64,000 nt of DNA, taken from NCBI GenBank assembly GCA_963663475.2, contig CAXXJV010000001.1, positions 2,336,001 through 2,400,000 on the forward strand. Reading direction: 5' to 3'. The notes beneath the pieces were generated by a model. It ran no database searches. It was given only the letters and a program-made list of their open reading frames with translations, and had not been told where the DNA came from. This stretch comes from Candidatus Cloacimonadales bacterium (lineage in GTDB: Bacteria > Cloacimonadota > Cloacimonadia > Cloacimonadales > JAFGVF01). A program made the translations under genes and the position numbers. Shown piece by piece: positions 38,401 through 49,185 of the stretch (position 1 is its first letter; the number at the start of each line of letters is the position of its first letter).

Positions 38401-38961
38401 TTAAAATTTTACAATTATTCCTGCTTGAGGAATGTAAGTATCAATTTTATAATTTGAAGATACAGAAACTGGTAGTTCAGCATTAAAAGAAATAAATCTG
38501 CTTAATTTAAATTCTATACCTATTCCAGGTCCGAAATAGTAAGCATTATCATTTTTAGTCTTTTTAACTGGTGAACCAGATATCTGGCCAGAAACATATT
38601 CCTGGGTATACTTCTTCTTATAATCAATATTCATACTTGCTCCTAAAAAGCAATAAAATCTTGTAAATTCACTCTGTCTTAAAACTCTTAAATACATTCC
38701 ACTAATCCAACCATCAACTTCCCAACCTGTTTTAGTGTTATATTCATTATAATAGGTAACTGGAAATTTAGGAACTTCATCTGCATCTGATAAAAGGCCT
38801 AAGGTAAATTGAAAACCATTTTTTTCGAAAAATTGTCTATAAGCAATCCCAATTCCAGAAACCTTTCCTGCGGTAAAACCTAATCCCCTATCTAAGACAT
38901 TTTCTGAAAAAAGAAAAGCCGTAGATAATAAAACAAGGCAAATTATAATTAATCTCCTCAT
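38401..38961 (-). CDS. Small secreted protein, probable outer-membrane beta-barrel
   Basis: Signal peptide, alternating beta strands (GPGIGIEF), C-terminal Phe. Confidence 0.6.
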   Translation of the reverse strand: MRRLIIICLVLLSTAFLFSENVLDRGLGFTAGKVSGIGIAYRQFFEKNGFQFTLGLLSDADEVPKFPVTYYNEYNTKTGWEVDGWISGMYLRVLRQSEFTRFYCFLGASMNIDYKKKYTQEYVSGQISGSPVKKTKNDNAYYFGPGIGIEFKLSRFISFNAELPVSVSSNYKIDTYIPQAGIIVKF

Positions 38962-41900
38962 AGAATCTCCTTTTTTATAATCTTTTGTAAAATTTCTTTA
39001 ATATCACTCAATTTAACTGGCTTAGGTAGGAAACCTGCCATGCCAGCATCTATACATTTTTCTTTATCCTCAGGTAATACATTAGCGGTTAGAGCTATAA
39101 CAATAGGAGATTTTTCTTGCATCTTTTCTTTAATAATCTCTGTAGCTTTTAATCCATTAAGAATAGGCATTTGAATATCCATGAAAATAACATCATAATT
39201 ATTTTTCAGTGCCAACTCATAGGCTTCCTGTCCATTCTGAGCTAAATCCGCTGTTATCTGTAATTTTTTAAATAATCTATTCATTAGTTTTTGGTTTATT
39301 AAATTATCTTCAGCAACCAAGACTTTTAGTTTGGTGATATCATCTTCAGTTACATCTTCTTTTTTACTATTCAGGTTACTATTTTCTAAACCAAGCAGTT
39401 TCCTAAAACTCTCATATAACTTCTGTCTGTGAATAGGGTAATTAACAAATTGATATCTTGGTACATTGATATCCTCAATCTGCCTTACCTCTTTAATATC
39501 TTTCAAGAAAACAATTCCGATATTAGTTATATTCAAGTTGGAAATAAATTTATTCACATTATCTGAATATGACTTATAAATAGAGTAATCAATAATAATA
39601 ATATCCCAATCATCAAGGAAAAATTCAATACTATCTAGTGAGTCACTGTCTGCAACCTGGTCAACACTTTTACAATATTTCTTTAGTATTGAATTTAAAT
39701 TATCAAATACATCTTTACTTGAGATAACACCAAGCTTAATATTTTCAAGATATTTAAACTTACTTCTATGTTCAGAAACCAATATTCTAGAATCTGTGGC
39801 AATAGTAAAGCTGACACGTGTTCCAACTCCTAATTTAGACTCTACCCAAATTTTCCCATTAAGATTAGTGATTATTGCTTTGGAGATTGCTAAACCTAAG
39901 CCCGTTCCTGTAACATTTCTAGATTGCTCTGATTCAACTTGTGAAAATGAATCAAAAATAGTTGAAATTTTATCTTCAGGAATTCCAATGCCTGTATCAG
40001 AAATTACAAATTTCAACATTAAAACATTATTATAAGAAGATTCTTTACTAACCTTAACTTGTATTAGACCTTGATTAGTGAACTTATAAGCATTATTGAG
40101 AGTATTTATTAAGACTTGCTTTAGCCTATCAAAATCAGAGTTAATATATGTCGGAACATCTTCGTCTATTATGTAGGCAAGTTTAACATTTTTTTCCTGT
40201 ACTTTCAAAGCTATAACATCCAATGATTTTTCTATACAATCTGACAAGACAAAATCAGAGAAGTTAAATGTATCTTTTCCTGATTCTAATTTTGAGAAAT
40301 CAAGAATATCATTTATGATTCTTAATAGACTTTCACCTGACATTTTTATTGTATCAACATAATCTTGTTGTTCTTCATTCAAATTTGTCTTTGCAAGTAA
40401 ATCTGCCATTCCAATAACACCATTCATAGGTGTTCTGATTTCATGGCTCATGTTTGCTAAAAACTGAGACTTTGTTTTTGCTGTTTTCAAAGCTTGTTCT
40501 GAAGCTACTTTAAGTGCAATATCATGTTCTATAATATCAGTTTTGTCTTGATAAACTCCAAAGACTGCTTCAATATTACTGTGATAAATTACTGGAATAC
40601 CAGTTATAAACATGTTCATTATTTGATTATTCTTAGCTACTCTATTAGCATAAAATTTTACTGTAATACCTGAGGCAACTTTCTTTGTATTATTTTTAGC
40701 TTGTAAAATCTCTGTAGGACTACATAGAAGTTCATCAATGTTTTTACCTTTACATTCTTCAATTGTATAACCAAAGACTTTAGTAAAAGCAGGATTTATC
40801 TTCATAATATTGCTTTCTTTATCCACTAAAGCTATTGCTTCTGGATTTTCAATCATTAACTGATCAATATATATTTTATCCTTGATTAACTTATCAGAAA
40901 TCTCTTTTTTAGAAATTAACATTTTGTTTACAGAATTTGCAATATTTTGGAATTCTTGATATTTTAGCTTATCTTTGGCTATCAACTGGTCATTTTCAAT
41001 TGATTCATGGAAGAAGTTCTCTAAACTATTAAAGAGATTCTTTAAAATTGCTAATATTCGGTTATTTAAAAGGAGGTATATGATTAAAATTAAAAAGATT
41101 AAAGATGAAATGATAATTAGATTTGTGATAACTTTTTGTCTGAACTGATCCCGATCACTTTCAAAGAAGGCATTAATATAGTTTTCATAAATACCTGATG
41201 CAACAATCCAATTCACTTCTGGAATCTTATCAATTTTAACTAAGGCCTTTTCTTTAATACTTGGGTCACCTTCAGAAAAGTGAAAATCAATAAACCCTTC
41301 GCCATTCTTTTGAGTAACCTTAATAGCATCTTCTAATATTTTATCATCAACTTTAGTGGGAGTGTCTAAAATGCTTGGGTTGTTGATAGCAATCTGATTG
41401 TTTATAATAATAAATTTATTAGTCAAAATATCAATGATGTAAAAGAAGCCATAATTACTGTTTTTTAATATCAATATATCATTGAGTAGTTTAGTTTTAT
41501 ATTCATCAACAAAATCATAATAATATTCACCAGTACCAATATACCAGTCGGTACCTTCAATCTTTGAGAGATAAGACCATTTAAGAAATTTACCTTGTTT
41601 TTCAGCACCAGGTTTAAACATCATTCCTTTGAACAGTCCTTCACTTTCATTATCCATAATTACTTGAGCTTTTTCAGTGTACTCGTCATTAGCAATATCA
41701 GTATTCTCAAGTTCAGGAAAAACCGAATTAAATATAATTTTACCAGATTTATCTAATATATAGTAATAACCACGGCCATTAAAGAATTTAGAGACTCTAA
41801 ATGCATTTTCAATATGTTCAAATTTCGTAACATCACTTGCAGTCTTATACTTAGAAAGTATTTTCTCGACAACTAGTTTTCCTTGATCAGTTTTCTTTTT

Positions 41901-42149
41901 TATTTCTTCTATAATTAAATCATCAATTTTGTCATAAGATTGCTGTGTATATCTGACAATCCTATTATTGATATTAGAAAGATTTTTTTGAGAATCTGAA
42001 ATTCTTTTATTGTTCAAGAAATCTAGGTTTCTGGAGTAAAAATAAAAGTCAACAAAGATTGATACAGTAGCTATAATAATTAAACTACTGATGATAATGT
42101 ATAAATTTAATCTCTTTACTCTTACTAAAATCTCTTTATTTTTTTTCAT
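38958..42149 (-). CDS. Hybrid sensor histidine kinase (Cache domains, PAS, HisKA, HATPase, degenerate REC, REC)
   Basis: Two TM helices, WYIGTGEY and WIVASGIY (Cache), FLANMSHEIRTPMNG, DTGIGI, GTGLGL, VAEDN...FMDIQMP...KP. Confidence 0.93.
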   Translation of the reverse strand: MKKNKEILVRVKRLNLYIIISSLIIIATVSIFVDFYFYSRNLDFLNNKRISDSQKNLSNINNRIVRYTQQSYDKIDDLIIEEIKKKTDQGKLVVEKILSKYKTASDVTKFEHIENAFRVSKFFNGRGYYYILDKSGKIIFNSVFPELENTDIANDEYTEKAQVIMDNESEGLFKGMMFKPGAEKQGKFLKWSYLSKIEGTDWYIGTGEYYYDFVDEYKTKLLNDILILKNSNYGFFYIIDILTNKFIIINNQIAINNPSILDTPTKVDDKILEDAIKVTQKNGEGFIDFHFSEGDPSIKEKALVKIDKIPEVNWIVASGIYENYINAFFESDRDQFRQKVITNLIIISSLIFLILIIYLLLNNRILAILKNLFNSLENFFHESIENDQLIAKDKLKYQEFQNIANSVNKMLISKKEISDKLIKDKIYIDQLMIENPEAIALVDKESNIMKINPAFTKVFGYTIEECKGKNIDELLCSPTEILQAKNNTKKVASGITVKFYANRVAKNNQIMNMFITGIPVIYHSNIEAVFGVYQDKTDIIEHDIALKVASEQALKTAKTKSQFLANMSHEIRTPMNGVIGMADLLAKTNLNEEQQDYVDTIKMSGESLLRIINDILDFSKLESGKDTFNFSDFVLSDCIEKSLDVIALKVQEKNVKLAYIIDEDVPTYINSDFDRLKQVLINTLNNAYKFTNQGLIQVKVSKESSYNNVLMLKFVISDTGIGIPEDKISTIFDSFSQVESEQSRNVTGTGLGLAISKAIITNLNGKIWVESKLGVGTRVSFTIATDSRILVSEHRSKFKYLENIKLGVISSKDVFDNLNSILKKYCKSVDQVADSDSLDSIEFFLDDWDIIIIDYSIYKSYSDNVNKFISNLNITNIGIVFLKDIKEVRQIEDINVPRYQFVNYPIHRQKLYESFRKLLGLENSNLNSKKEDVTEDDITKLKVLVAEDNLINQKLMNRLFKKLQITADLAQNGQEAYELALKNNYDVIFMDIQMPILNGLKATEIIKEKMQEKSPIVIALTANVLPEDKEKCIDAGMAGFLPKPVKLSDIKEILQKIIKKEIL

Positions 42150-42520
42150 ATATCCTCTTTTGCAACTTTATTGCAGACTATTCTTACTGTCAACTGATTT
42201 AATTTATTTGTGCTCAATAAAAGAAGCAAGATAAAAAAATGGTGAAAATATCTTAAGATTAATATTAATGTTCCAAATTAATGTTACTTTTATTTTTTAT
42301 AGTTCCTTTACGGTCTATTGGGCCTCTATTAGACCTTACTTAGGCATCTATTGCTAAAGTAAGTAATAGCGACCTGATAGTTACTATATAATTACCTTAA
42401 TTATTGCATATAGTCTTGTAGCTGACCTACCATAAAACCTGAAAAGGCAGACTTAAATGCTAATTAACTTTGAGATTTTAGAAAGACTTGTCAGCAGAAC
42501 AAGTAAGAACATTCCTAAGT

Positions 42521-43285
42521 CTATTTTGAATTTCTAAAGTTGATTATCTCGCCAGCTATACTAACAGCGATTTCATAGGGAGTATGAGATCTCATAGCGA
42601 GGCCAATAGGACATCTAACTTTTTGAATAATTTCTTCTGTATGATTTTCAGATAAATATTGTTTTAATTCATGAGCTTTACTCTTACTTCCCATTACCCC
42701 AATGTACTTTATATCTTTATCGATTAGTTGGTTAGTTACAATATTGTCGAATTCATGACCATAAGTCATTATAACAATATAATCAGCAGGACTGATTGCT
42801 ATATTTTCATTTATATGAGTAAAATCTGCTTTAATAAATGTGGTATTCTCTGGGAAATTAGCTGGTTTGAGCCATTGGTCTCGGTCATCGTAAATAGTAA
42901 TATTAAAATCTAATTGTGCTAATAGTCTGGAAAGAGCTTGCGAACAGTGACCTCCACCGAAAATTACAACCCTTTCTTTAACATTAATTGGCTCGACAAT
43001 CAGTTCAATATCGCCACCACAAACCATACCAAGCTCTGCTTGTTTCGAAAGAGGATAAACTAGGGTTATAAATTTGCTAGGTTGTTCCCGTCTAATCTTT
43101 TCAATAATATGATACTCAAGATTTCCACCACCAATAGTTCCAGATATCTCGTCATTATCTTTTGCAATAAGCATCTTTTGGCCTAAACTTCCTGGAGAAG
43201 ATCCTTGTACTTTAGTTACAGTAACAGACCATCCACTTCCGTTATTGGCTAATAAATCCAATAAATGTCTATAATAATTTTTCAT
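42521..43285 (-). CDS. xdhC: XdhC/CoxI-family molybdenum cofactor chaperone
   Basis: GSSPG, GTIGGGNLE, GMVCGG, FGGGH, YIGVMGS, PIGL...TPYEIAVSI. Confidence 0.9.
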   Translation of the reverse strand: MKNYYRHLLDLLANNGSGWSVTVTKVQGSSPGSLGQKMLIAKDNDEISGTIGGGNLEYHIIEKIRREQPSKFITLVYPLSKQAELGMVCGGDIELIVEPINVKERVVIFGGGHCSQALSRLLAQLDFNITIYDDRDQWLKPANFPENTTFIKADFTHINENIAISPADYIVIMTYGHEFDNIVTNQLIDKDIKYIGVMGSKSKAHELKQYLSENHTEEIIQKVRCPIGLAMRSHTPYEIAVSIAGEIINFRNSK

Positions 43286-43829
43286 TGTCAATTAAATCCT
43301 CTTTTCTGTTGATATTTTTCAAAATTCCTGGATCATTTACAGTAATTATCTCTCGCTCACATGTTTTAGTCAAATCTTTTAAAGTTTCACTAATTTTTAG
43401 ATACTGCAAGGCTAATTTAGGCATGATAATAGGGTGTCCTAATTTTTGCTTATAAGCAGGTATGATAAATTTAGAGTTACTTCTAAATTTTAACATTTCT
43501 TCAATAGTAGATTCTTTGACTAAAGGATGATCAATAGGCCAAATAATAATATTATCAAAATCCTTAATCTCTTCAATACCTTTAATTATTGAATCATACA
43601 TATCAAGCTTACTATCACCTATTATAGTAGTAAAAAGTCTCTCTGGATTAATTAAATGATGCAAGTCAGAATTGATAACAGCAAAGACCGACAAGTTAAG
43701 GGAGAGACATTTAGATGTTATAATATCTAAAAAAGTCTCTCCTTTAAATTTTGCTAATGCTTTGTGAGATCCGAATCTTTTACTAGCACCAGCTGATAAT
43801 ATTAAAGCTATTGTTTTACTTGAGAGCAT
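43269..43829 (-). CDS. mocA: MocA/YgfJ-like molybdenum cofactor cytidylyltransferase
   Basis: LILSAGASKRFG.HKAL, WPIDHP, GHP, NIN...D; located in a Mo-hydroxylase cluster. Confidence 0.75.
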   Translation of the reverse strand: MLSSKTIALILSAGASKRFGSHKALAKFKGETFLDIITSKCLSLNLSVFAVINSDLHHLINPERLFTTIIGDSKLDMYDSIIKGIEEIKDFDNIIIWPIDHPLVKESTIEEMLKFRSNSKFIIPAYKQKLGHPIIMPKLALQYLKISETLKDLTKTCEREIITVNDPGILKNINRKEDLIDNEKLL

Positions 43830-45294
43830 CCAATAGCCCAGTTCGAGCATTAAATTCTTTTATATATTCATCCCATTGATTAACTTGAGAGTACTGAGAA
43901 GTCCAGTAATCTTTTTGATACCATTGGGCATTTAATTCTTCAACAGTCTTTCCTTGTTGTTCAATCCAAGTGAAATATTTCAAATTATGCATTCGGCGTT
44001 TATCATAATAGGTCATTTCAATCATATCATCTGTCTTCACTGCCATAAGATTCTTTTCAAAATGAATATTTGCCATCACATTATTATATTGGCCTTGTTT
44101 TTCACGATATTCTATAACACGTGATTGATACATTTCCATTGAATCAGTTGCCACTGTAAAGATGTAATCATTTTCATCATACTCATAATACTTTGCCATT
44201 TTAATACAACCAAGTAAGTTAGCTATTGATGATACTCCTAATAAATCTAACTTTGATATTAAGTCTTCATCTATGCCTTTTTGTCTGAGTAAGTCATGTC
44301 CTTCTTTTTCATTGAAAAGACGCATTACATTGATAACATCATTATCATCTACAGCGATTGCCATATCCATATTTTTTATGTTATGAATCCATGGAACATG
44401 TTTATCTCCAATACCCTCAATCCGGTGTCCTCCATATCCATTATAGAGCAAAGTAGGACATTGAGTGGCTTCGCCAGCTGCTATTTTCATGTTAGGATAT
44501 ACTTCTTTAAGATAATCTCCAGAACCTAATGTGCCAGCAGAACCCTGAGTTAAGAATAGACCAGAGAAAGTATCACCTTCTCTTTTGATATTTTCAAAGA
44601 CTTCTTGCATAGCAGGTCCAGTAACAGCATAGTGCCAGAGTGGATTACCAATCTCAGCAAATTGATTTAAATTTACTATTGTATCACCTCTTTCATGAAG
44701 AAGTTCTTTTGCTTTATCGTATATTTCTTTAACATTAGATTCACAACCTGGTGTTGCAAAAACCTCTGCACCAATTTCTTTTAACCAATTAAATCTTTCT
44801 GCAGACATCTCTTCTGGTAACACAGCAATAGCTTCACAGCCTAATAGTGATGAATTATAAGCTCCACCTCGACAATAGTTACCTGTTGATGGCCAGAGAG
44901 CTTTTTGAGTAGTTGGGTCAAACCTTCCTGTAACTAGCTTTTCAACTAAAGGGCCAAATGTTGCTCCAACCTTATGAGCTCCTGTTGGAAAAAACTTACC
45001 AATTAGTATTACGATTGGACTCTTCACACCACTTAGTTCAGGTGGAATTACAATGTGATTAACACCTTGATAGCCTCCCCCAAATTTAGTTGGCTCATTC
45101 TTCCATGTTATTCTAAATAGATTTAATGGGTTTAAATCCCACAATCCAACATTTTTTAGTTTATCGACAATTTTATCTGGAATTAGTTCTGGATTTCTCA
45201 TTTGCTCGTATGTTGGGATAATAATATTTCTTTCTTTACAGCGTTGGATTGTATTTTCAAGTACTTTATTTTGTTCTGGTGTTAAGTTTTTCAT
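43816..45294 (-). CDS. Fold-type II PLP enzyme (cysteine synthase/tryptophan synthase beta superfamily), uncharacterised 490-aa family
   Basis: FPTGAHKVG (PLP Lys), WPSTGNY, NQF, GSAGTLG, HRIEGIGDKH. Confidence 0.8.
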   Translation of the reverse strand: MKNLTPEQNKVLENTIQRCKERNIIIPTYEQMRNPELIPDKIVDKLKNVGLWDLNPLNLFRITWKNEPTKFGGGYQGVNHIVIPPELSGVKSPIVILIGKFFPTGAHKVGATFGPLVEKLVTGRFDPTTQKALWPSTGNYCRGGAYNSSLLGCEAIAVLPEEMSAERFNWLKEIGAEVFATPGCESNVKEIYDKAKELLHERGDTIVNLNQFAEIGNPLWHYAVTGPAMQEVFENIKREGDTFSGLFLTQGSAGTLGSGDYLKEVYPNMKIAAGEATQCPTLLYNGYGGHRIEGIGDKHVPWIHNIKNMDMAIAVDDNDVINVMRLFNEKEGHDLLRQKGIDEDLISKLDLLGVSSIANLLGCIKMAKYYEYDENDYIFTVATDSMEMYQSRVIEYREKQGQYNNVMANIHFEKNLMAVKTDDMIEMTYYDKRRMHNLKYFTWIEQQGKTVEELNAQWYQKDYWTSQYSQVNQWDEYIKEFNARTGLLDALK

Positions 45295-45302
45295 TAAATC
45301 TC

Positions 45303-46490
45303 CTAAAAACGATATTTTAAGTTGTTTTGAATTTTACTAATTATTTGTTCTGGTGAATCGAACCTTGTAAGAATAGCCATTGCAGCAATTACAAATGGTT
45401 TAAAGCTAGCTTGATGATAAGTTTCTCTTCGATACTCTTCAAATACTTCTTTTGAAACTTCACCTTGAGAACAACTTACATCAGTTATATCAGCAGGCAA
45501 ACAATGCATGTAGAGAGCTTTTTTATTCTTTGTTAAGTTCATTTTAGCTCTATCACATTCCCAATTAACATATTTTTTGTTATTCTCTAAACAAGATTTT
45601 TCTAATTCATCTAAACCAAGCTTATCTTTGGCCATCAGTAATTCAGTCCTTTCTTGCATTACTTGCATTGGAGCCCATGATTTTGGATAAACAATATCTG
45701 CACCTTGGAAGGCTTCTTCCATAGAATTAGTTATTGAGAATTTAGAGTTTGATTCAGAGGCAATTCTTTTTGCATAATTTATTTCTTCATCAAGTAGATT
45801 ATAACCTTCTGGGTGAGCAAGAGTAACATCCATACCTAAACGTGGAAGTAAAGTAATAATTCCTTGAGGGACTGATAAAGGTTTACCATAACTTGGAGAA
45901 TAAGCCCAGGTCATAGCAACTTTCTTTCCTTTTAACTTGTCAAATCCTCCAAAATAATCTCGAAGTTTAGCTAAATCAGCCATGGTTTGGGTTGGGTGAT
46001 CTATATCACATTGTAGGTTTATTAGACCAGGACGTTGGTGGAGTACCCCTTCTTCGTAACCCATATCTAAGGCATCTGACACTTCTTTCATGTAAGTATG
46101 ACCTTCACCTAAATACATATCATCCCTAATACCAATCATTTCTGCAAGGAAGGATATCATATTAGCAGTTTCTCGAACAGTTTCTCCATGAGCAATTTGA
46201 GATTTAACTTCATCAAGATCTTGTACACCTAATCCTAAAGCATTAGCTGCTGAGGAGAAACTAAATCTAGTTCTTGTTGAATTATCTCGAAAAATTGATA
46301 TAGCCAAGCCGTTATCAAAGACTCTAAATGATTTATGATTTTGGTGGATTAACTTAAGCCAATCAGCGAGAAGAACTGTAGCTTTAATATGATCAAAAGA
46401 CTTATCTTTGGTAAGTAAGAAGTTTCTTCCATAATTATCAAAATTGAAATCCATTATTTTCTCAAATAAATTAGTCATGTTTTCTCTCAT
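45303..46490 (-). CDS. ygeW: Knotted carbamoyltransferase YgeW
   Basis: FRDNSTRTRFS, IRDDMY, LQCDIDHPTQ, WAYSPSYGKPLSVPQG, HCLPAD. Confidence 0.93.
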   Translation of the reverse strand: MRENMTNLFEKIMDFNFDNYGRNFLLTKDKSFDHIKATVLLADWLKLIHQNHKSFRVFDNGLAISIFRDNSTRTRFSFSSAANALGLGVQDLDEVKSQIAHGETVRETANMISFLAEMIGIRDDMYLGEGHTYMKEVSDALDMGYEEGVLHQRPGLINLQCDIDHPTQTMADLAKLRDYFGGFDKLKGKKVAMTWAYSPSYGKPLSVPQGIITLLPRLGMDVTLAHPEGYNLLDEEINYAKRIASESNSKFSITNSMEEAFQGADIVYPKSWAPMQVMQERTELLMAKDKLGLDELEKSCLENNKKYVNWECDRAKMNLTKNKKALYMHCLPADITDVSCSQGEVSKEVFEEYRRETYHQASFKPFVIAAMAILTRFDSPEQIISKIQNNLKYRF

Positions 46491-46498
46491 AAACTCTC

Positions 46499-46957
46499 CT
46501 ATTTATAAAATTTTGCAGCTGCAAGTATAGAATCAACAATCTGTTGATATCCTGTACATCTGCATAAGTTAATTTTTATAGCATCTCTAACTTGATCTTC
46601 ACTAGGCTTATTATTCTTTAATAATAAGGCATGTGCTGTGAGGACCATACCAGGAGTACAAAAACCACATTGAACTGCATCATGATCCAGAAATGATTTT
46701 TGCAAGGGGTGAAGTTCATTATTTTCTGACATTCCCTCAATTGTCAATACTTCTTTATTAATAATATCAGATACCAGCATTTTACATGATCTTCTTGCTT
46801 CTTGATCAACTAAAATAGTGCAAGCTCCACAAACACCGATATTACATCCGTTCTTTGTACCTGTTAAATCTAAATCTTCCCTAAGATAAGCTAATAACTG
46901 CTTTTCTAGGTCTGCATTATCTATTGTTATTTTTTTACCATTTATAATTGTTTCCAT
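46499..46957 (-). CDS. 2x[2Fe-2S] subunit of a molybdenum hydroxylase
   Basis: GCNIGVCGAC, QCGFCTPG, NLCRCTGY. Confidence 0.93.
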   Translation of the reverse strand: METIINGKKITIDNADLEKQLLAYLREDLDLTGTKNGCNIGVCGACTILVDQEARRSCKMLVSDIINKEVLTIEGMSENNELHPLQKSFLDHDAVQCGFCTPGMVLTAHALLLKNNKPSEDQVRDAIKINLCRCTGYQQIVDSILAAAKFYK

Positions 46958-49185
46958 AAATCCTCCAACAGCATTGGTAATTTTTTCATTCTCTGGCCAC
47001 TTGCTCTATATATGGCATTAGCTATTGCTGGTGATATAATTTCTAATGCTGGTTCTCCTATACCCTTAGCTCCTGATGGAGTATTTGGGTCTGGATTCTC
47101 TAGCACAAAATCATGAATTCTAGGCAATTCATTTGCTCTATAAATTCTATACTTGTTAAAGTTATCTGTTATAATATGACCATCTTTTATTATTAAGTTC
47201 TCCTTTAAAGCCATTCCTAAACCTTGAACAATTCCTCCATAAATCTGACCAGATAATAGTCCATTATTTATTGCCTTACCAATATCATGAACAGCATAAA
47301 TATTTAAGACTTTCAAATTTTTCCTATCAGTATCAATCTCAATTTCGGCTACTTGAGCACTATAGACATAAGTAAAATATGCTTTACCTGCGCCACATTC
47401 TTCGTCCCAAGTAACTGCTGGAGCTTCGAAACTTCCAAAAGCATAGGGATAAGTACAGTTCTGATACATTATCGACATAGCCTCTTCCCAAGAGATACTC
47501 TTACCTTGTGGACTATTCAATGTATCGTTAAGGTAGATAATTTCATTAGGCTGACAACCTAAATGAGGAGCTATAACATTATTAATAATAACTTTCAGCT
47601 TTTTTATAGCATCCATCAAAGCTCCCCCACCCATTAGAGTACCTCTAGAAGCAACAGTTGTTCCTCCGTCAGGTATCTGTGAAGTAGATGATCTTCTATA
47701 ACGAATTTTTGAGAAAGAAACACCAAGTTCTTCCTGTAAAATTTTCATCATTGCAGTTTCTGAGCCCTGACCATTTTCATGAATAGATACTTCAAGTAAA
47801 ATAGAGCCATCAAACTGAACATTTATTATTGCTGAAGTAAAATCCTTACCTTCGGCTCCTAGACTGCATCCCCTATAGGACATTGCTAAACCTATGCCAT
47901 AGAGTTTTGAGTTATGACTTTTCCCATAAGAAACTTTTTTGATTTTATTAAAGTAATCACTCTCTTTAATTACCTTATCTAAAACTTGATCTAAAGAAAC
48001 AATATGATTATCAAGTTTTTGCTGAGAAACAGTTATTGAATTTTGCCTTAACATATTCTCTTTTCTAAATTCGATAGCATCCTTTCCTAATTTCTCCGCA
48101 ATAATTTCAACAATTTGCTCTATAGCAAAGTTTACTTGCGGAGATCCAAAGCCTCTAAAAGCACCTGTATAAACATTGTTTGTATAAAATGATTTAACAT
48201 CAGTATAGACATGAGGGATTATGTAAGGTCCGCCACATTGAACAGTTGACCTCCAAGTAACCCAAGGAGAAACAGAGGTATAAGCTCCCCCATCTGCTAT
48301 GATATTACATTCTAAAGCATGAATTTTGCCAGCTTTAATGCCAACTTTATAATCCATTTTATAAGGATGCCTTTTATAACTTTCTTTAATCGACCATTCT
48401 CTTGTATAAGTCATTTTTACTGGTCTATTACATAAGAGTGAAGCCAAAGCAGTTCTAGCACATACTATAGCAGCGGTATCATCTTTACCACCAAAACCTC
48501 CTCCCATAGGAATAGTAATAACTTCTATTTCAGAAAGTTTTTTTCCTAGCATGGCTGCAGTAAATCTTCTTGTGGAAAAAGGATGCTGCATTGATCCATA
48601 TACTTCAATAACGCCGTCATCTCTCACTTGACAAACTGCTGCTTCTGCTTCTAGGTAACCATGTTCAACAAAATTACTTTCATAATGATCTTCAAGAATT
48701 AAGTCACACTCTGCAAAAGCAGACTTTGCATCACCCTTTCTTACCTTATGATGATTTATTAAATTGCTTCCATATACTTCATGAATTAATACTTCATCTT
48801 TACTAGCTTCCTCTGGAGAAAGAATTGCTGTTAAAGGCTGGTAAGTCACTTCTATTTTGGGTATAGCTTGCATAGCATGTTCAAGACTGTCAGCCACAAT
48901 AAGGGCTATTACATCTCCCTCATACCTTATCTTATCTTCAGCTAATAAAGAATAATCTTTGCGAATCTGTCCAAACTTCTTAACTCCAGGTATATCAGAA
49001 GCTGTAATTACTTTGACAACCCCTTCACTTAACTCAGCTTTTCCACATACTATGCTTTTAATCTCTGCATGTACCTGATCAGAATATACAGGAACACAAT
49101 GAAGCATACCATATAACTTTATATCGTCAGCATACTTAGCTTTTCCTGTTACTTTTGCAACTCCATCATTTCTCCATTGGGTCAT
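46942..49185 (-). CDS. Molybdopterin-binding subunit of a second xanthine-dehydrogenase-family hydroxylase
   Basis: AKVTG, EHGYLE, GGGFGGKDD, AFRGFGSPQ, GQG, TVASRG, GAKGIGEP. Confidence 0.9.
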   Translation of the reverse strand: MTQWRNDGVAKVTGKAKYADDIKLYGMLHCVPVYSDQVHAEIKSIVCGKAELSEGVVKVITASDIPGVKKFGQIRKDYSLLAEDKIRYEGDVIALIVADSLEHAMQAIPKIEVTYQPLTAILSPEEASKDEVLIHEVYGSNLINHHKVRKGDAKSAFAECDLILEDHYESNFVEHGYLEAEAAVCQVRDDGVIEVYGSMQHPFSTRRFTAAMLGKKLSEIEVITIPMGGGFGGKDDTAAIVCARTALASLLCNRPVKMTYTREWSIKESYKRHPYKMDYKVGIKAGKIHALECNIIADGGAYTSVSPWVTWRSTVQCGGPYIIPHVYTDVKSFYTNNVYTGAFRGFGSPQVNFAIEQIVEIIAEKLGKDAIEFRKENMLRQNSITVSQQKLDNHIVSLDQVLDKVIKESDYFNKIKKVSYGKSHNSKLYGIGLAMSYRGCSLGAEGKDFTSAIINVQFDGSILLEVSIHENGQGSETAMMKILQEELGVSFSKIRYRRSSTSQIPDGGTTVASRGTLMGGGALMDAIKKLKVIINNVIAPHLGCQPNEIIYLNDTLNSPQGKSISWEEAMSIMYQNCTYPYAFGSFEAPAVTWDEECGAGKAYFTYVYSAQVAEIEIDTDRKNLKVLNIYAVHDIGKAINNGLLSGQIYGGIVQGLGMALKENLIIKDGHIITDNFNKYRIYRANELPRIHDFVLENPDPNTPSGAKGIGEPALEIISPAIANAIYRASGQRMKKLPMLLEDLWKQL

